Shown one piece after another: positions 37,246 through 48,542 of a DNA stretch of 64,000 bases. The notes beneath the pieces are model-generated. The model was not told the origin of the DNA, searched no databases, and saw only the letters and a program-made list of their open reading frames with translations. Source of the stretch: Mobula hypostoma (taxonomy: Eukaryota); assembly GCF_963921235.1 (NCBI RefSeq), contig NC_086107.1:106890001-106954000 (forward strand). The letters are read 5' to 3'. Each line of letters starts with the position of its first letter. Within the stretch, counting starts at the first letter, position 1. The translations under genes were made by a program, and so were the position numbers.

Positions 37246-37914
37246 AGATTACTCAAATATTAGTTAAATATTAAATACCCAAACAGGTGACTGAGGCTGG
37301 GGTGAACAGCAGGTTGCAAACAGGTGGGATTAGTTGAAGTTGGCATCACGGTCTGCACAGGCCTGATGCACTGATGGGTCTGCGGCTGTTCCATGTTCCA
37401 TGTTCCATGTTACGAGGATTTTGGATGAAGACCAGACAGCAGCGCATTGGATTGCCAGAGTGAGGAATGGGGCAAAGACACTTGCTAACACTGAATGAGC
37501 CCATTTAAGGGTTTCCTTCCCACCGAGGCGTTGAGGAAAGAGAAAAAAAATTATCGGCGTTATCGATGTTATCGATATCGATAATATCGGGGAAAGAAAA
37601 AAAATTGCTAAATGAAGAACTTCACTTAACAAAGTCTGAAAATCTGGCCAATGTTATAAGGAAATAAGATAGCCTGCTGCACGCACACGTGGCCTGATTG
37701 CAATGTTGTTAAAGTTGGATTTTGCTAATTAAAAAAAAAATCCCTCAAATGTACCTTTTGATTTGGTTTTTGGAAGTGTTTCAAGGTTTGAAGTTTCACA
37801 CTGTGAGTTTTTGTGTTATAGTCTAGAGCAGGATTTAAAAACCTCTCATTATCACTATCTGTCACCGCAACCCGCTCATTATATCGGCCCTGCTCTGATC
37901 TCAAACTGCATTAG

Positions 37915-37937
37915 GAGGGAGAGAGAGAAGACAGGGT

Positions 37938-37970
<33 letters not shown>

Positions 37971-38435
37971 AGAGGGGGGGGAGAGAGAAAGACAGAGAGA
38001 ATGTGTGAATGAGTGAGAGTGAGAGAGAGAGTGTGCAAGTTTATGAGAGAGTAAGTGTGTGTGAGACAGTGTGATTGAGCGAGTGTGTGAGAGGGTGTGT
38101 GACAGTGCGTGTTTATTGGAGAGAGAGTGTGTGTGTGAGAAAGAATGTGCGAGTGAGAGAGAGAGAGAGTGTATGAGATGGAGTGTGTGCATCAGAGAGA
38201 GCGTGTATGCGTGGGAGAGTGTGTGTGTGAGACACTGCGTGAGAGAGAATGTGTGTGTGAGAGAGAGTGTGTGTGAGATAGCGTGTGTGAGAGAGAATGT
38301 TTGATTGAGAGAGAGTGTGAGGGTGTGTATGAGAGAGAGAATGACTGAGAGAGTGTGAGGGTGTGTGTGTGACAGCGAGAGAGTAAGACAGTGTTTGTGA
38401 GAGAGTGGGTGTGTGTTTGTGTGAGAGAGAGGGGG
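37915..38435. repeat. Compound (GT)n/(GA)n low-complexity tract
   Basis: Direct inspection. Confidence 0.95.
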
Positions 38436-38949
38436 GAATGGCAAATTGGCAAGGAACACAAAGAATTAGTTTGATCTTTCAAAGAGCTGGCACAGACTAA
38501 CTGAACTGAATGGTTCTGTCCTGCAAAATTCTATGAGAGTAATCTTTGAAATATGTTAAAAGAGCGTTAGTTATTTCAGCACATCATTCCCGCTGACTGC
38601 TGTTTCTAACTCAATAAGTACACAGATCACAATCAAAGAGGACCTTTGTCAATAACGGTGGGTAGTGTTGGGTGAAAGGACCCTGCTGTGATGGTGATTG
38701 GACATGGACTGGAGTGATAATCTCCTGATTAACAACTTACTTGTTTGGTTGCGTAAGGTGTGCTTTGTAGCCCCATTCAAGGTCTTGTAGCGAGACTGTA
38801 ATAAGGTACACTGACCCATTTACTTCAGGCTGGTGGCAGTGTATGTGTATTTGTGAATATGTGTAACATTTTTTGTGTGTGTGTGTGTGGGAGGGAGAGG
38901 TGGGGGAATTCTGTGTTTGTGTAATTCTATATGCTTGTATCCCTCCAAG

Positions 38950-39330
38950 AGGACCACAACCTTGTCGTAGGGTTTGGAGGCTTGTGGGCCTCAGTGACCC
39001 GGAGGGTTATGCTGGCTGGAGTCAGGGCTTTATGCTTTGGCTCTTGGTAGGGTCACCCATGTCAAACAGGTCAAAGGGTAGCGGCCAGACTAAGAGTGGT
39101 CTAGGTTCAGGGGCTAACAATGCAGACCGGTCAAAAAACAATAGTTATGGAAACAGTAATGAAGAGTCCTTCTGCATCTGGGTGTGACAGTATTCCTGAG
39201 TCTCCACCCGGGATTTTCATGACTGACACTAGTGAAAACCAAGAGGAAGCTTCTGACACGATGAAGGAATCTCTGAACACCACCAGAGATGGAGGACCTT
39301 CATTGCTGCCTGAAACGCCAGCGGTGTAAT
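38950..39330 (+). mobile_element. RTE (Rex3/Expander/BovB-like) 5' UTR remnant
   Basis: ggaccacaaccttgtcg...ggtagggtcacccatg...agtggtct resembles recalled RTE 5' UTRs. Confidence 0.6.
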
Positions 39331-39787
39331 GAGCAGTAAGAGAAGAGATATGTTTGTATATGTTTCTGAACATGCATGTATGAGAGAAAGATTCTTGTAA
39401 CATACCTGTGTGCCCGAAATTTCAAAGATTCAAAGTACATTTGTAATTCTGTATGTGCGTGTGAATGCACGCGAAATTTTCTACGTAGACAATAGATTCT
39501 GCGCAATCCTGTGTGCGCATGTGTGTGGTATTTTGTAAGAGTGATTTTGTGTTTTCTTCATGTATGTGAGAGAGATTCTCTGTGTGGGGGGGTGATTGTG
39601 TGTGTGAGGTTATGCATGCAAGTGTGTAGAATTTAGTAGATATATATATGAGACTGTGGTGTGTGTGTACATGGAGATTGTGTATGTGTATGATTCTGCA
39701 TGAATATGTGAGCTGAACATGTGGGTGTAGGTCATTCAGAATGTGATTCTGTGTGTGAGAGGGACAAGAGAGATTCTGTTTCTGTGT

Positions 39788-40170
39788 AGGCGCCTCGATA
39801 GCGTAGCGGTTAGCGTGACTATTACAGATCGGGGCGTTCTCGAGTTCAGAGTTCAGTTCCAGTGCCATTCTGTAAGGAGTCTGACACCCGCCGCGTGGAA
39901 TGCGTAGGTTTCCCCTGGGAGCTACTGTTTCTTCCCACAGTCCAAAGACGGACCGGGTAGGTTAATTGGTCATTGTAAATTGTCCCGTGATTAGGTTAGG
40001 TCTGGCCCTGTATCTTGTGGTCTTATAGGAGATGGAGAAGGAAAATGGATCAGCTGTGATGAAATAGCGGAACAGACTCGATGGGCCAAATGGCCTAATT
40101 CTGTTCCTATATCTTATGGTCGTAATCAGGGTTGTTGGGGGTTGCCGGGGCAGCTTAAAGGGCTGGACAT
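39788..40170 (+). mobile_element. tRNA-derived SINE (related copies near 36190-36410, 40740-40930, 43810-44035, 47625-47890, 52400-52640, 62690-62935)
   Basis: A-box-like tagcgtagcggttagc and shared core ttcctcccaca.tccaaagacg. Confidence 0.65.
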
Positions 40171-40189
40171 GCTGTTAAGTAAATAAATA

Positions 40190-40227
<38 letters not shown>

Positions 40228-40974
40228 ATTCTGCATGGAATATGTGAGATTCTGTGTTATTTTGTTGGGGCTTTTGTGTGTGTGTGTGTGAAAGAGAGAG
40301 AGAGAGGGAGAGAGAGAGAAAGAAATTCTATGTTTGTGTGATTCCATATGTATGTGTGTGTGCCTGAGCGTCTGGGGCGTTATAATTGCAACTTGCCGTG
40401 TGGGTTTGCAACATAATGAGATTTGTGGATTAAGGCAATGATGCAATCAGTTGATACTGTGCACTTGGATTAACACAGGCCTGGGTGCTCAGTCAGCTAC
40501 AGCTCGCTCAGCGCACTCTGTGTGCGCACCACATTCAGCCAGTTTTGGCAGTCCCCGGCTGCTAATCACTGCCGCCCTTCCACGCCCGTTATGTGGCTGC
40601 TGAAGCACTCGGAGACAAAATATTTCCTTTGAATAACTCAGTGGAATCACCAGTGAAGTGTTGATTTCCCCCCACTGCCTCCCCACTCTTTCCTGGCCTG
40701 CACTCTCCGTGCACGTGCAGACAGAGGGAACAAGAAAGACCTTTACAGTACCAGCGACCCAGGTTCAATTCCTGCTACTGCCAGGAGTTTATACATTCTC
40801 CCCGCGAGCGCCTGGGGTTCCTCCGAGCGCCCCGGTTTCCTTCCACATTCCAAAGACGTACGGGTCAGTAGGTTACTTGGTCGCACGCGTGTAATTGGGC
40901 AGGGAGGGCCTGCTACCATGTCGAATCTCTAAATAAATACGTCTTACACTAGCCGGGCCTACTCTGTTATTCAT

Positions 40975-41009
40975 AAACACGTCAGGTCCTGCAGATGCTG
41001 GAAACCCAG

Positions 41010-41059
<50 letters not shown>

Positions 41060-41144
41060 CCGGAGGAACTCAGCAGGTCAGGCAGCGTCCATAGATAGGG
41101 AAAAAAGAGTCGATGTTTCAGGTTGAGAACCTTCATCAGGACTG
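40975..41144 (-). mobile_element. PLE-derived tail with intact hammerhead core (41107-41144)
   Basis: Reverse strand: cagtc CTGATGA aggtt ctc aacct GAAA caTC gactc. Confidence 0.75.
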
Positions 41145-42756
41145 TTATTCATGATGCTTTCGGCTTCGTGTGATTGAATTAGGCATGGTGGGTCCTGGTG
41201 TAGGACGTATGCTGGACTACCATAAACTACCGATTTAATGTGGCTCCCTTGGGACAGAAGAACTTCCAGGTCAAAGGTTTTTTTTTTAACTTCCTTCATA
41301 TAAATATCCTAGAGGCCTTCCATTGGTCAGGTCGACCATGGATATTGTGTTCTAGCTGTCGAGGTGAAACGCAAGCCGGTTGTTGTTCCTTTCTGCACCT
41401 TCTGGTTCATCAGCCAGCCCAGCCTTGCCATTTCTTTAGCATTTTGTCTCTTTTTTTTGTGAAGCTGGATGCTCGACCTAGCATGGACTATGTAAGGAGC
41501 CGGCCGGATTCGCACCCCAGGACCACTCACCTTGAAGTCCAATGCGGATGCCACTGCACCGCCGGCCGGCTGGTATGCCAGCCCGGGCAGTACGATATGG
41601 AGAGCATGCTGTTGTCCGTGCAGCAGCCTTCCCTGCTTCATGCAGCTGCTGAATCCAAGGGAACGGCAGAGACCGATACAGTTTGGCACCAGTAGCGTCG
41701 CAGGAGTTGCCAGTCAGCGTTGAACTCAGCATAGGACTGCCTTAGGGACTCCAGCACTGGATTTTTCCCTGGGGGTTTATTCCCAAAGCTTTCTCCATGA
41801 GTGGGTATAGTCACAAGGCTGTAGAGGTTTGAGATCAGAGCTTCCTTCTCCTAGGTGAGCTGCCAAACACAGCTGATGAGCCCCATCTGCCCAAAGCGAC
41901 TGGTGTTAAGGAGCCAGTAACCCTCCTTTGCCCCTTCTCCTGTCAGTAGAAACAGTTCCACTGGACTTAGTGGCCACTCGTGAAGGCCAGGAGCTGGACT
42001 CGGCTGTCAGAGGCCATTTGAGATACACGCCATTTGGAGCATTTAATAGGTAGTGGGAGCTTGACCCCATTACCACCCCCAGCTATAACAACCTTAAGGA
42101 AGCAAGCACCCTTAATTACCCTTAAACACCGGAAAGCCTGAAGGTTTAACAGTGTGGTGCTGGGAAACTGGTGGAAGTGAGGCTTTGTACTCAGTGACAG
42201 ATCGTAGAGATTACACCTCGATCTCCAGAGGTTTCATTTTCAATCGAAGGATTAATGATTAATTATTCTGTCTTTCTCAATTGCTGAGAGATGTTTCAAT
42301 ATTGACTTTGCCAGCCTGTGTTTCAATATCAGCTATTGAATCTCTGGGGAAGAGCCCTGGGTGGGGGGGGGGTGAGGAGGGAGGTGGTGGTGGGGGTGAT
42401 AGTCACTATATTGGGACATGAATCAGAGGGAGAAGCCAGCATTAAAGCCACCAACCTCCCAACACACCCTCAGATCGCTTGCATCTTCAGTGGTTACTCC
42501 GGAATACTGGTTTAAGAACAAGGTTAAATGCATATAAAAATACCCAGCTCATTTCCCTCACTTAAAGATACATTGCAGGCCTCGATTCAGTTTGCTAAAT
42601 GTGAGATTCCTGTTAAATAGCAGATGACAGTGACTGCCTGTTTCCACTTCTGTCTCCCCACCCTGGAAAGAAGATCTGACCTGGGTATCCCTCCAGGGTT
42701 TAATCAAGTCTCGTTGGGTGCACTGTTTGCTTTCTCCCTCTAAAGAGTACTTTCAG

Positions 42757-43355
42757 ATTAGATTAGATTATGAGGACACGCAGTCCTCTTTTATTGTCAT
42801 TTAGTAATGCATGCATTAAGAAATGATACAAAACTGACAAAAACCACATAATTATAACATATAGTTACAACAGTGCAAAACAATACCGTAATTTGATAAA
42901 GAACAGACCATAGGCACGGTAAAAGTCTCAAAGTCTCTCGAAAGTCCCATCATCTCACGTAGACGGTAAACCTCCAGCACCGCAAACTTGCCGATGCAGC
43001 ATCCCGGAAGCACCCGACCACAGTCCGACTCAGAGTCCGTCCGAAAACTCCGAGCCTCCGACCACCTCTCCGACACCGTGCACCGAGCACCATCTCTGCC
43101 GAGCGCTTTGACCCCAGCCCGGCAACGGGCAATAGGCAAAGCCGAGGACTTGGGGCCTTCCCCTCCGGAGATTCTCGATCGCACAGTAGCAGCGGCAGCG
43201 AAGCAGGCATTTCAGAAGTTTCTCCAGGTGTTCCTCCGTGCTTCTCACAGCTGTCTCCATCAAATCAGGATTGTGCACCGCCCCCTAGTTAACATATATC
43301 GATATCACTCGGAATGGCCGCGTGCGCTGCGTTGCGCCGCCATCTTCTCCTTCTT
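42757..43355 (-). mobile_element. ~600-bp non-autonomous retroposon (also 46750-47390 +, 55586-56210 -)
   Basis: Three similar copies with 5' gaagatggcgg, then 3' AATAAA, a GAGGAC/GTCCTC hairpin and a (TAATC)n tail. Confidence 0.85.
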
Positions 43356-43371
43356 CCTTTTTAAAGATGAG

Positions 43372-43790
43372 ATCATAAGATATAGGAGCAGAATTAGGAC
43401 ATTTGGCCCATCAAATCTGCTCCATCATTTCGTCATGGCTGATCCATTTTCCCTCTCAACCCCAATCTCCTGCCTTCTCCCCATATCCCTTCATGCCCTG
43501 ACCAATCAAGAATCTATCAACGTCTGCCTTAAAGATACCAAATGACTTGGCCTCCACATCTACCTGTGACAATGAATTCCACAGACTTGCCACTCTTCAG
43601 CTGGAGAAATTCCTCCAAATCTTGAGGCTGTCTTCTAGCCCTAGACTCTCCCCCCATAGGAAACATCCTCTTCACATCCACTCCATTGAGGTCTTTCAAC
43701 ATTTGATAGGTTTCAATGAGGTCCCCCTCATTCTTCTGAATTCCAGTGAGTAAAGGGCCAGGGCCATCAAACGCTCTTCATATGACAAGA
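43372..43790 (-). mobile_element. CR1 3' fragment
   Basis: CR1 3' signature. Confidence 0.85.
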
Positions 43791-44937
43791 TATATTTTTT
43801 TAGAGATTATTTTTATTTGTCACATGATCTTTGAAACATAGAGTGAAATGTGTTGTTTGCATCAAATCAAATCAGTGAGGATTGTGCTGGGCGCCTGCAA
43901 GTGTCGCCATGTTTTTGGCACCAACATAGTACACCCACTATTCTCTAATCCTTACTGTACGTCTTTGGAATGTGGGAGGAAACCAGAGCACCCAGAGGAA
44001 ACCCACATGGCCACGGGGAGAGTGTACAAATTTCTATGGAAAGGAATAAACTTTTGATGTTTCAGGCCGAGACCCTTCAGGACTGATGAAGGGTCTCGGT
44101 CCTAAACGTTGACTGCTTATTCCTCTCCATGGACGCCGCCTGACTTGTTGAGTTCCTCCAGCATCTTATGTGTGTTGCTCAAGATTTTCAGCACCTGCAG
44201 AATCTCTTGTGTTTACGTATAAAATCCTCACAGCCATTGGTGGGGAGCAAACCCCTAACTGGTGATTGTTGGCACTGTAATAACATTATGCTAACCGCTA
44301 TGGTACTGTGCCATAATGTAATGGAAGTTTATCAGATTGATTCCTAGGATCTGGGGGAAGTAATGAGATGGGGAAGAATTCTTGACAGGAAGAATAAACT
44401 TGACCTATAATCCCCCGGTTTTAATGAACTTGATATGATCTCATTGACATGTAAAATCTGAGAGATTCAAAGTTAAACTTCTGCCCACTCTGCCACCCTC
44501 TCAGAGCGTGCCATCTACCGAACTGTACGCGCAATGCATCAGGATGCTTAAATCACAAATGAGAGAAAATCTGCAGATGCTGGGAATCCGAGCAGTGCCC
44601 TCAAAATGCTGGAGGAACTCAGCAGGCCAGGGTAGCATCTGTGGAAAAAAGTACAGTCGACATTTTGGGCCGAAACCCTTCGAATAATAAGCTGAGGAGT
44701 AGATTTGAAAGGTGGGGGAGCGGGAGAGAGAGACACACCAGGTGATAGGTGAAACTTGGAGGGGGAGGGATGAACGAAAGAGCTAGGAAGTTGATTGGTG
44801 AAAGAGACAGAAGGCCCATGGAAGAAAGAAGGAAGTTGGGGGGGTGCGGAGGAGGAGAACCAAAGGGAGTCGATGGGGATATCATGCGAGAGGATGCAGC
44901 ATGCTGTCTGGATGGAGAGCATGTCATATGAGGAAAG

Positions 44938-45617
44938 ATATTTTTAATATTATTTCTAAGGTATTAAATATAGATATCTCTCCTCACCCTATTACTGCTA
45001 TCTTTGGACTACCTAAAATTTCTAGTAATCTTTCCCCTTCAGCCCGTAGAATGATTGCATTTCTTACTTTAATGGCGAAAAGATGTATTTTACAACATTG
45101 GAAAGAGCTTAGTGCTCCAACTACCTTTTTTTGGTTTTCTCAGACGATTTTATGTTTGAATTTGGAGAAAATTAGAAGTAACCTTTATGATTCTTCATTT
45201 AAATTTGAACAGATTTGGGGACCTTTTATTCGATATTTTCATTTAATGTAATATTTACCCTTGTTTTTTTTTCACTGTTTTTAATGGAGGTCGGGATTGA
45301 GGACGTGATTTTAAGTTTAACTCTGTTTGGTTTCAAGTTAGCCCATTGCTTTGCCTTGCTTTTAGTTAGTTGCACGGTGGGTTTTTTTTGGGGGTTTTTT
45401 TTGGGGTTTTTTTTTCTTTTTTTCCATTGATATATATAAAATTTAGTATACTATTATGTTATCTTGGTTTCTTATGTTTAAATTACATTGTTTGTAGTAT
45501 TATTTTTTGGTATTGATACCTTTTGGAATTTTATTATACTTTAACATTGTATTAATGTTTATATGGCTTACCTTTTTTGTATACTTACTCAATAAAAAGA
45601 TTTAAAAAGAAAGAAAG
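44938..45617 (+). mobile_element. 5'-truncated L1/Tx1-clade LINE inserted in a CR1 fragment
   Basis: ORF2 C-terminus (AKRCILQHWK...LEKIR...FEQIWGPF), T-rich UTR, AATAAA and A-rich tail. TSD GAGGAAAG at 44930-37 and 45618-25. Confidence 0.85.
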
Positions 45618-46010
45618 AGGAAAGGTTGGGCGAACTAGGGCTTTTCTGTTTGGAGCAGAGACAGGTGAGGGGCACCTGATAGGTGGTCAGAGGCATGGAC
45701 AGACAGCGACTCCTTTCCAGTGTGGAAATGGCAAATGTGAGAGGGCTTACATTTATAAGGGGATGTCAGAGTTTGGGTTTTCATACATAGAGGTTGGTGC
45801 ATGCAAGGAACTCACTGTGGGGGTGGTGGTAGAGACAAATACATTAGAGTCATTTTAGAGACTTTTAGATAGATACATGCATGAAAGAAAAATTGGTGTG
45901 CTACGTGGGAAGAAAAGGTTAGAGTGACGTTGGAGTAGGTTAAAAGGTCGGCACAACTTTGTGGTAAGAAGGTCTTGTACTGTGCTGTACTGTTCTCGGT
46001 TCTATATCAG

Positions 46011-46669
46011 TGTCGTGACAGTGAATGAAGCTACCGGAGAGATACAGATGGTTGATGTAAAAGTCTTTGCTCAGGACACACACGATCTGATAGCCATTGG
46101 AGTTGAGAGAGTCCCCTACCCAACATCACAGCACATTTTTATATGTTAAAGAACAAATGTAACAGGATAATTTCTATAGTTACAATGCCCTAAGAATGAT
46201 TCTTTTGAGTTGCATCAATTTTTTTCAACTTCCTGGGTTTTCCCACCAATGCACCCAAAATAAATGTTAATTACTGTGGTCTCTGAGTTGTATTCATGCA
46301 ATGAGGTGTTGATTGCATTCATGCATATGCAGACATCTCAGCCAATTGGATGTCTCCTGGTCTGCAATTTACTCTAAATGGTCTGGTCTTTGAGTCGTAT
46401 TCATGCGAAGGGGTGTTGATTGCCATCATGCATATGCTAACATCTCAGCCAATTGGATGTTTCCTGGTCGCAATTGTCTCTAAATGCTATGGTGTCTGAG
46501 TCATAGTCATGCAATGGGAATTCAAGCAGATATGTATCAATCAATTGGGTGTACCCTGGTCCACAATTTACTGATCAGAGCTGCATTTTAAATTCAATCT
46601 ACAATCCATATTCAGATCTGAAGATTGGTTGCTGTTAAAGTTAACCTAACTTCAGAATACACCCTAACA
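46011..46669. mobile_element. Solo LTR
   Basis: TGT...ACA termini. Exact 5-bp TSD ATCAG at 46006-10 and 46670-74. Internal tandem repeats. Confidence 0.8.
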
Positions 46670-46749
46670 ATCAGGAGATCTGCCTATTCAGCCTGTAGTA
46701 TTTGGTCAAGATTTTCCATATAAATGGAAAATCTTGACCAAATAAGGAG

Positions 46750-47390
46750 GGAGGAGAAGATGGCGGTGTGACGCAGCGTGCGCGGCCGTTCTGAATGATA
46801 TCATATTTGTGAAGTAGGATGCCGTACACAATCCTGATTTGATGGGGACAGACGTAAAGAAGCACGGAGGAACACCTGGAGAAACTTCTGAAATGCCCGC
46901 TTCGCTGCCGCTGCTACTGTGCGATTGAGAATCTCTGAGGGGAAGGCCCCAAATCCTTGGCTTTGCCTATTGCCTGTTTGCCGGGGCTGGGGTCAAAGCG
47001 CTCGGCAGAGGTGGTGCTCGGTGCTCGGTGTCGGAGAGCTGGTCGGAGGCTCGGAGTTTTTGGACAGACTCGGAGTCGGACTGTGGTCGGGTGCTTCCAG
47101 GATGCTGTACTGGCAAGTTGGCGGCGCTGGAGGTTCACCGTCTGCATGAGGTGATGGGACTTTCGAGAGACTTTGAGACTTTTACCATGTCCATGGTCTG
47201 TTCTTATCAAATTACGGTATTGCTTTGCACTGTTGTAACTATATGTTATAATTATGTGGTTTTTGTCAGTTTTTAAGTCGGTTTGTCATGTGTTTCTGTG
47301 ATATCATTCTGGAAAAACATTGTATTATTTCTTAATGCATGCATTACTAAATGACAATAAAAGAGGACTGCATGTTGTCATAACCTAAAA
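46750..47390 (+). mobile_element. ~600-bp non-autonomous retroposon, sense copy
   Basis: Reverse-complement match to 42757-43355. Confidence 0.85.
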
Positions 47391-47896
47391 AAAATGATTT
47401 TGCACTACTTACAAGTACATGAATCTCTTGTGGTGTAGCTTTAAGCACATTGGATAAGCACCATGTCCTGGACCTTAGGCCTGATTACGTGATTGCTTCA
47501 TGCTGGAGATGCTATGGATTGGAATACACTTCCTCCTGAACCACCTCCACCCCAACTGAGACAAGGGCTCCTCAGGGTCATGCCCCCACCCAGCGAGTTT
47601 TCTTCCAAGTCTTATCTAACAGGAGGCACAGTAAAATAGCGTTTGGTGCAATCGCTTTACAGTGGCTGCGACCTCCGATCAGGGTTTGCTTCCCACTGCT
47701 TTCTATAAGGAGTTTGTACACTCTTCTGGTGACCACACGGGTTTCCTCCGGGTGCTCCAGTTTCCTCCCACACTCCGAAGGTGTGCGGTTAGGGTTAGTG
47801 AGCTGTCGGCATGGTACTTTGCTGCCGGAAGTGTGGTGACACCTATGGGTTGCCCCCCGGCTCATCCCCAGATTGAGTTGGTCGTTAACGAAAAAC

Positions 47897-48352
47897 AAGT
47901 CCATGGTCTCCTCTTGTGCCGGGATGAGGCCACCCTCAGGGTGGAGGAGCAACACTTTATATCCCATCTGGGTGGCCTCCACCCAGATGGCATGAATATC
48001 AATTTCTTCTTCCAGTAAAAATAATATCCCCCCCACCATTTTCCACTCTGACTTTTACCTCTTCTCACCTGCCCATCATTCCTCTGATGGCCCTTCTTCT
48101 TCCCTTTCTCCTGTGGTCCACCCCCCTTTCCATCAGATTCCTTCTTTTCCAGCCCTTGACCTTTCCCACCCTCTTGGCTTCACCTATCACCTTCCAGCTA
48201 TCCTCCTTCCCCTCCCCACTTTTTTATTCTGGCATCTATCCCCTTCCTTTCCAGTCCTGAAGAAGGGTCTTGGCCTGAACCGTCCGACTGTTCATTCATT
48301 TCCATAGAAACTGTCTGGTCTGGAGTTCCTCCAGCATTTTGTGTGTGTTGCC
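47897..48352 (+). mobile_element. PLE 3' end with degenerate hammerhead (48252-48290)
   Basis: VHGLLLCRDEATLRVEEQHFISHLGGLHPDGMN followed by a UTR. Confidence 0.85.
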
Positions 48353-48542
48353 ATGCATTTCACTGCATGTTTGGATGTTTCGATGGACATGTGACAAATA
48401 AAGATAGTCTTTCATTACAAGTCATACCACGCCGCTAGCTTGGAAATAAATTACCATTTTCTAACTGTCGTCGGATCTCCTACTCAGAGCATCGATGGAG
48501 TTCCTTCATCTGATGGACCGTGATAGTTCAAAGAAGAAGAAG

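Noticed and set aside
36506..37285. Possible solo LTR (TGTT...AACA) split by CR1; similar LTR-like stretches at ~33130-33550 and ~63120-63480
   Set aside because: No convincing TSD or second copy in the window, so not listed as features.
37911..38482. His/Thr/Ser/Leu-rich ORFs
   Set aside because: Translation of (CA)/(CT) microsatellite sequence.
42852..43545. Overlapping 80-185 aa ORFs recurring at 46914-47276 and 55866-56301
   Set aside because: GC-rich noncoding retroposon. The frames are not preserved among copies.
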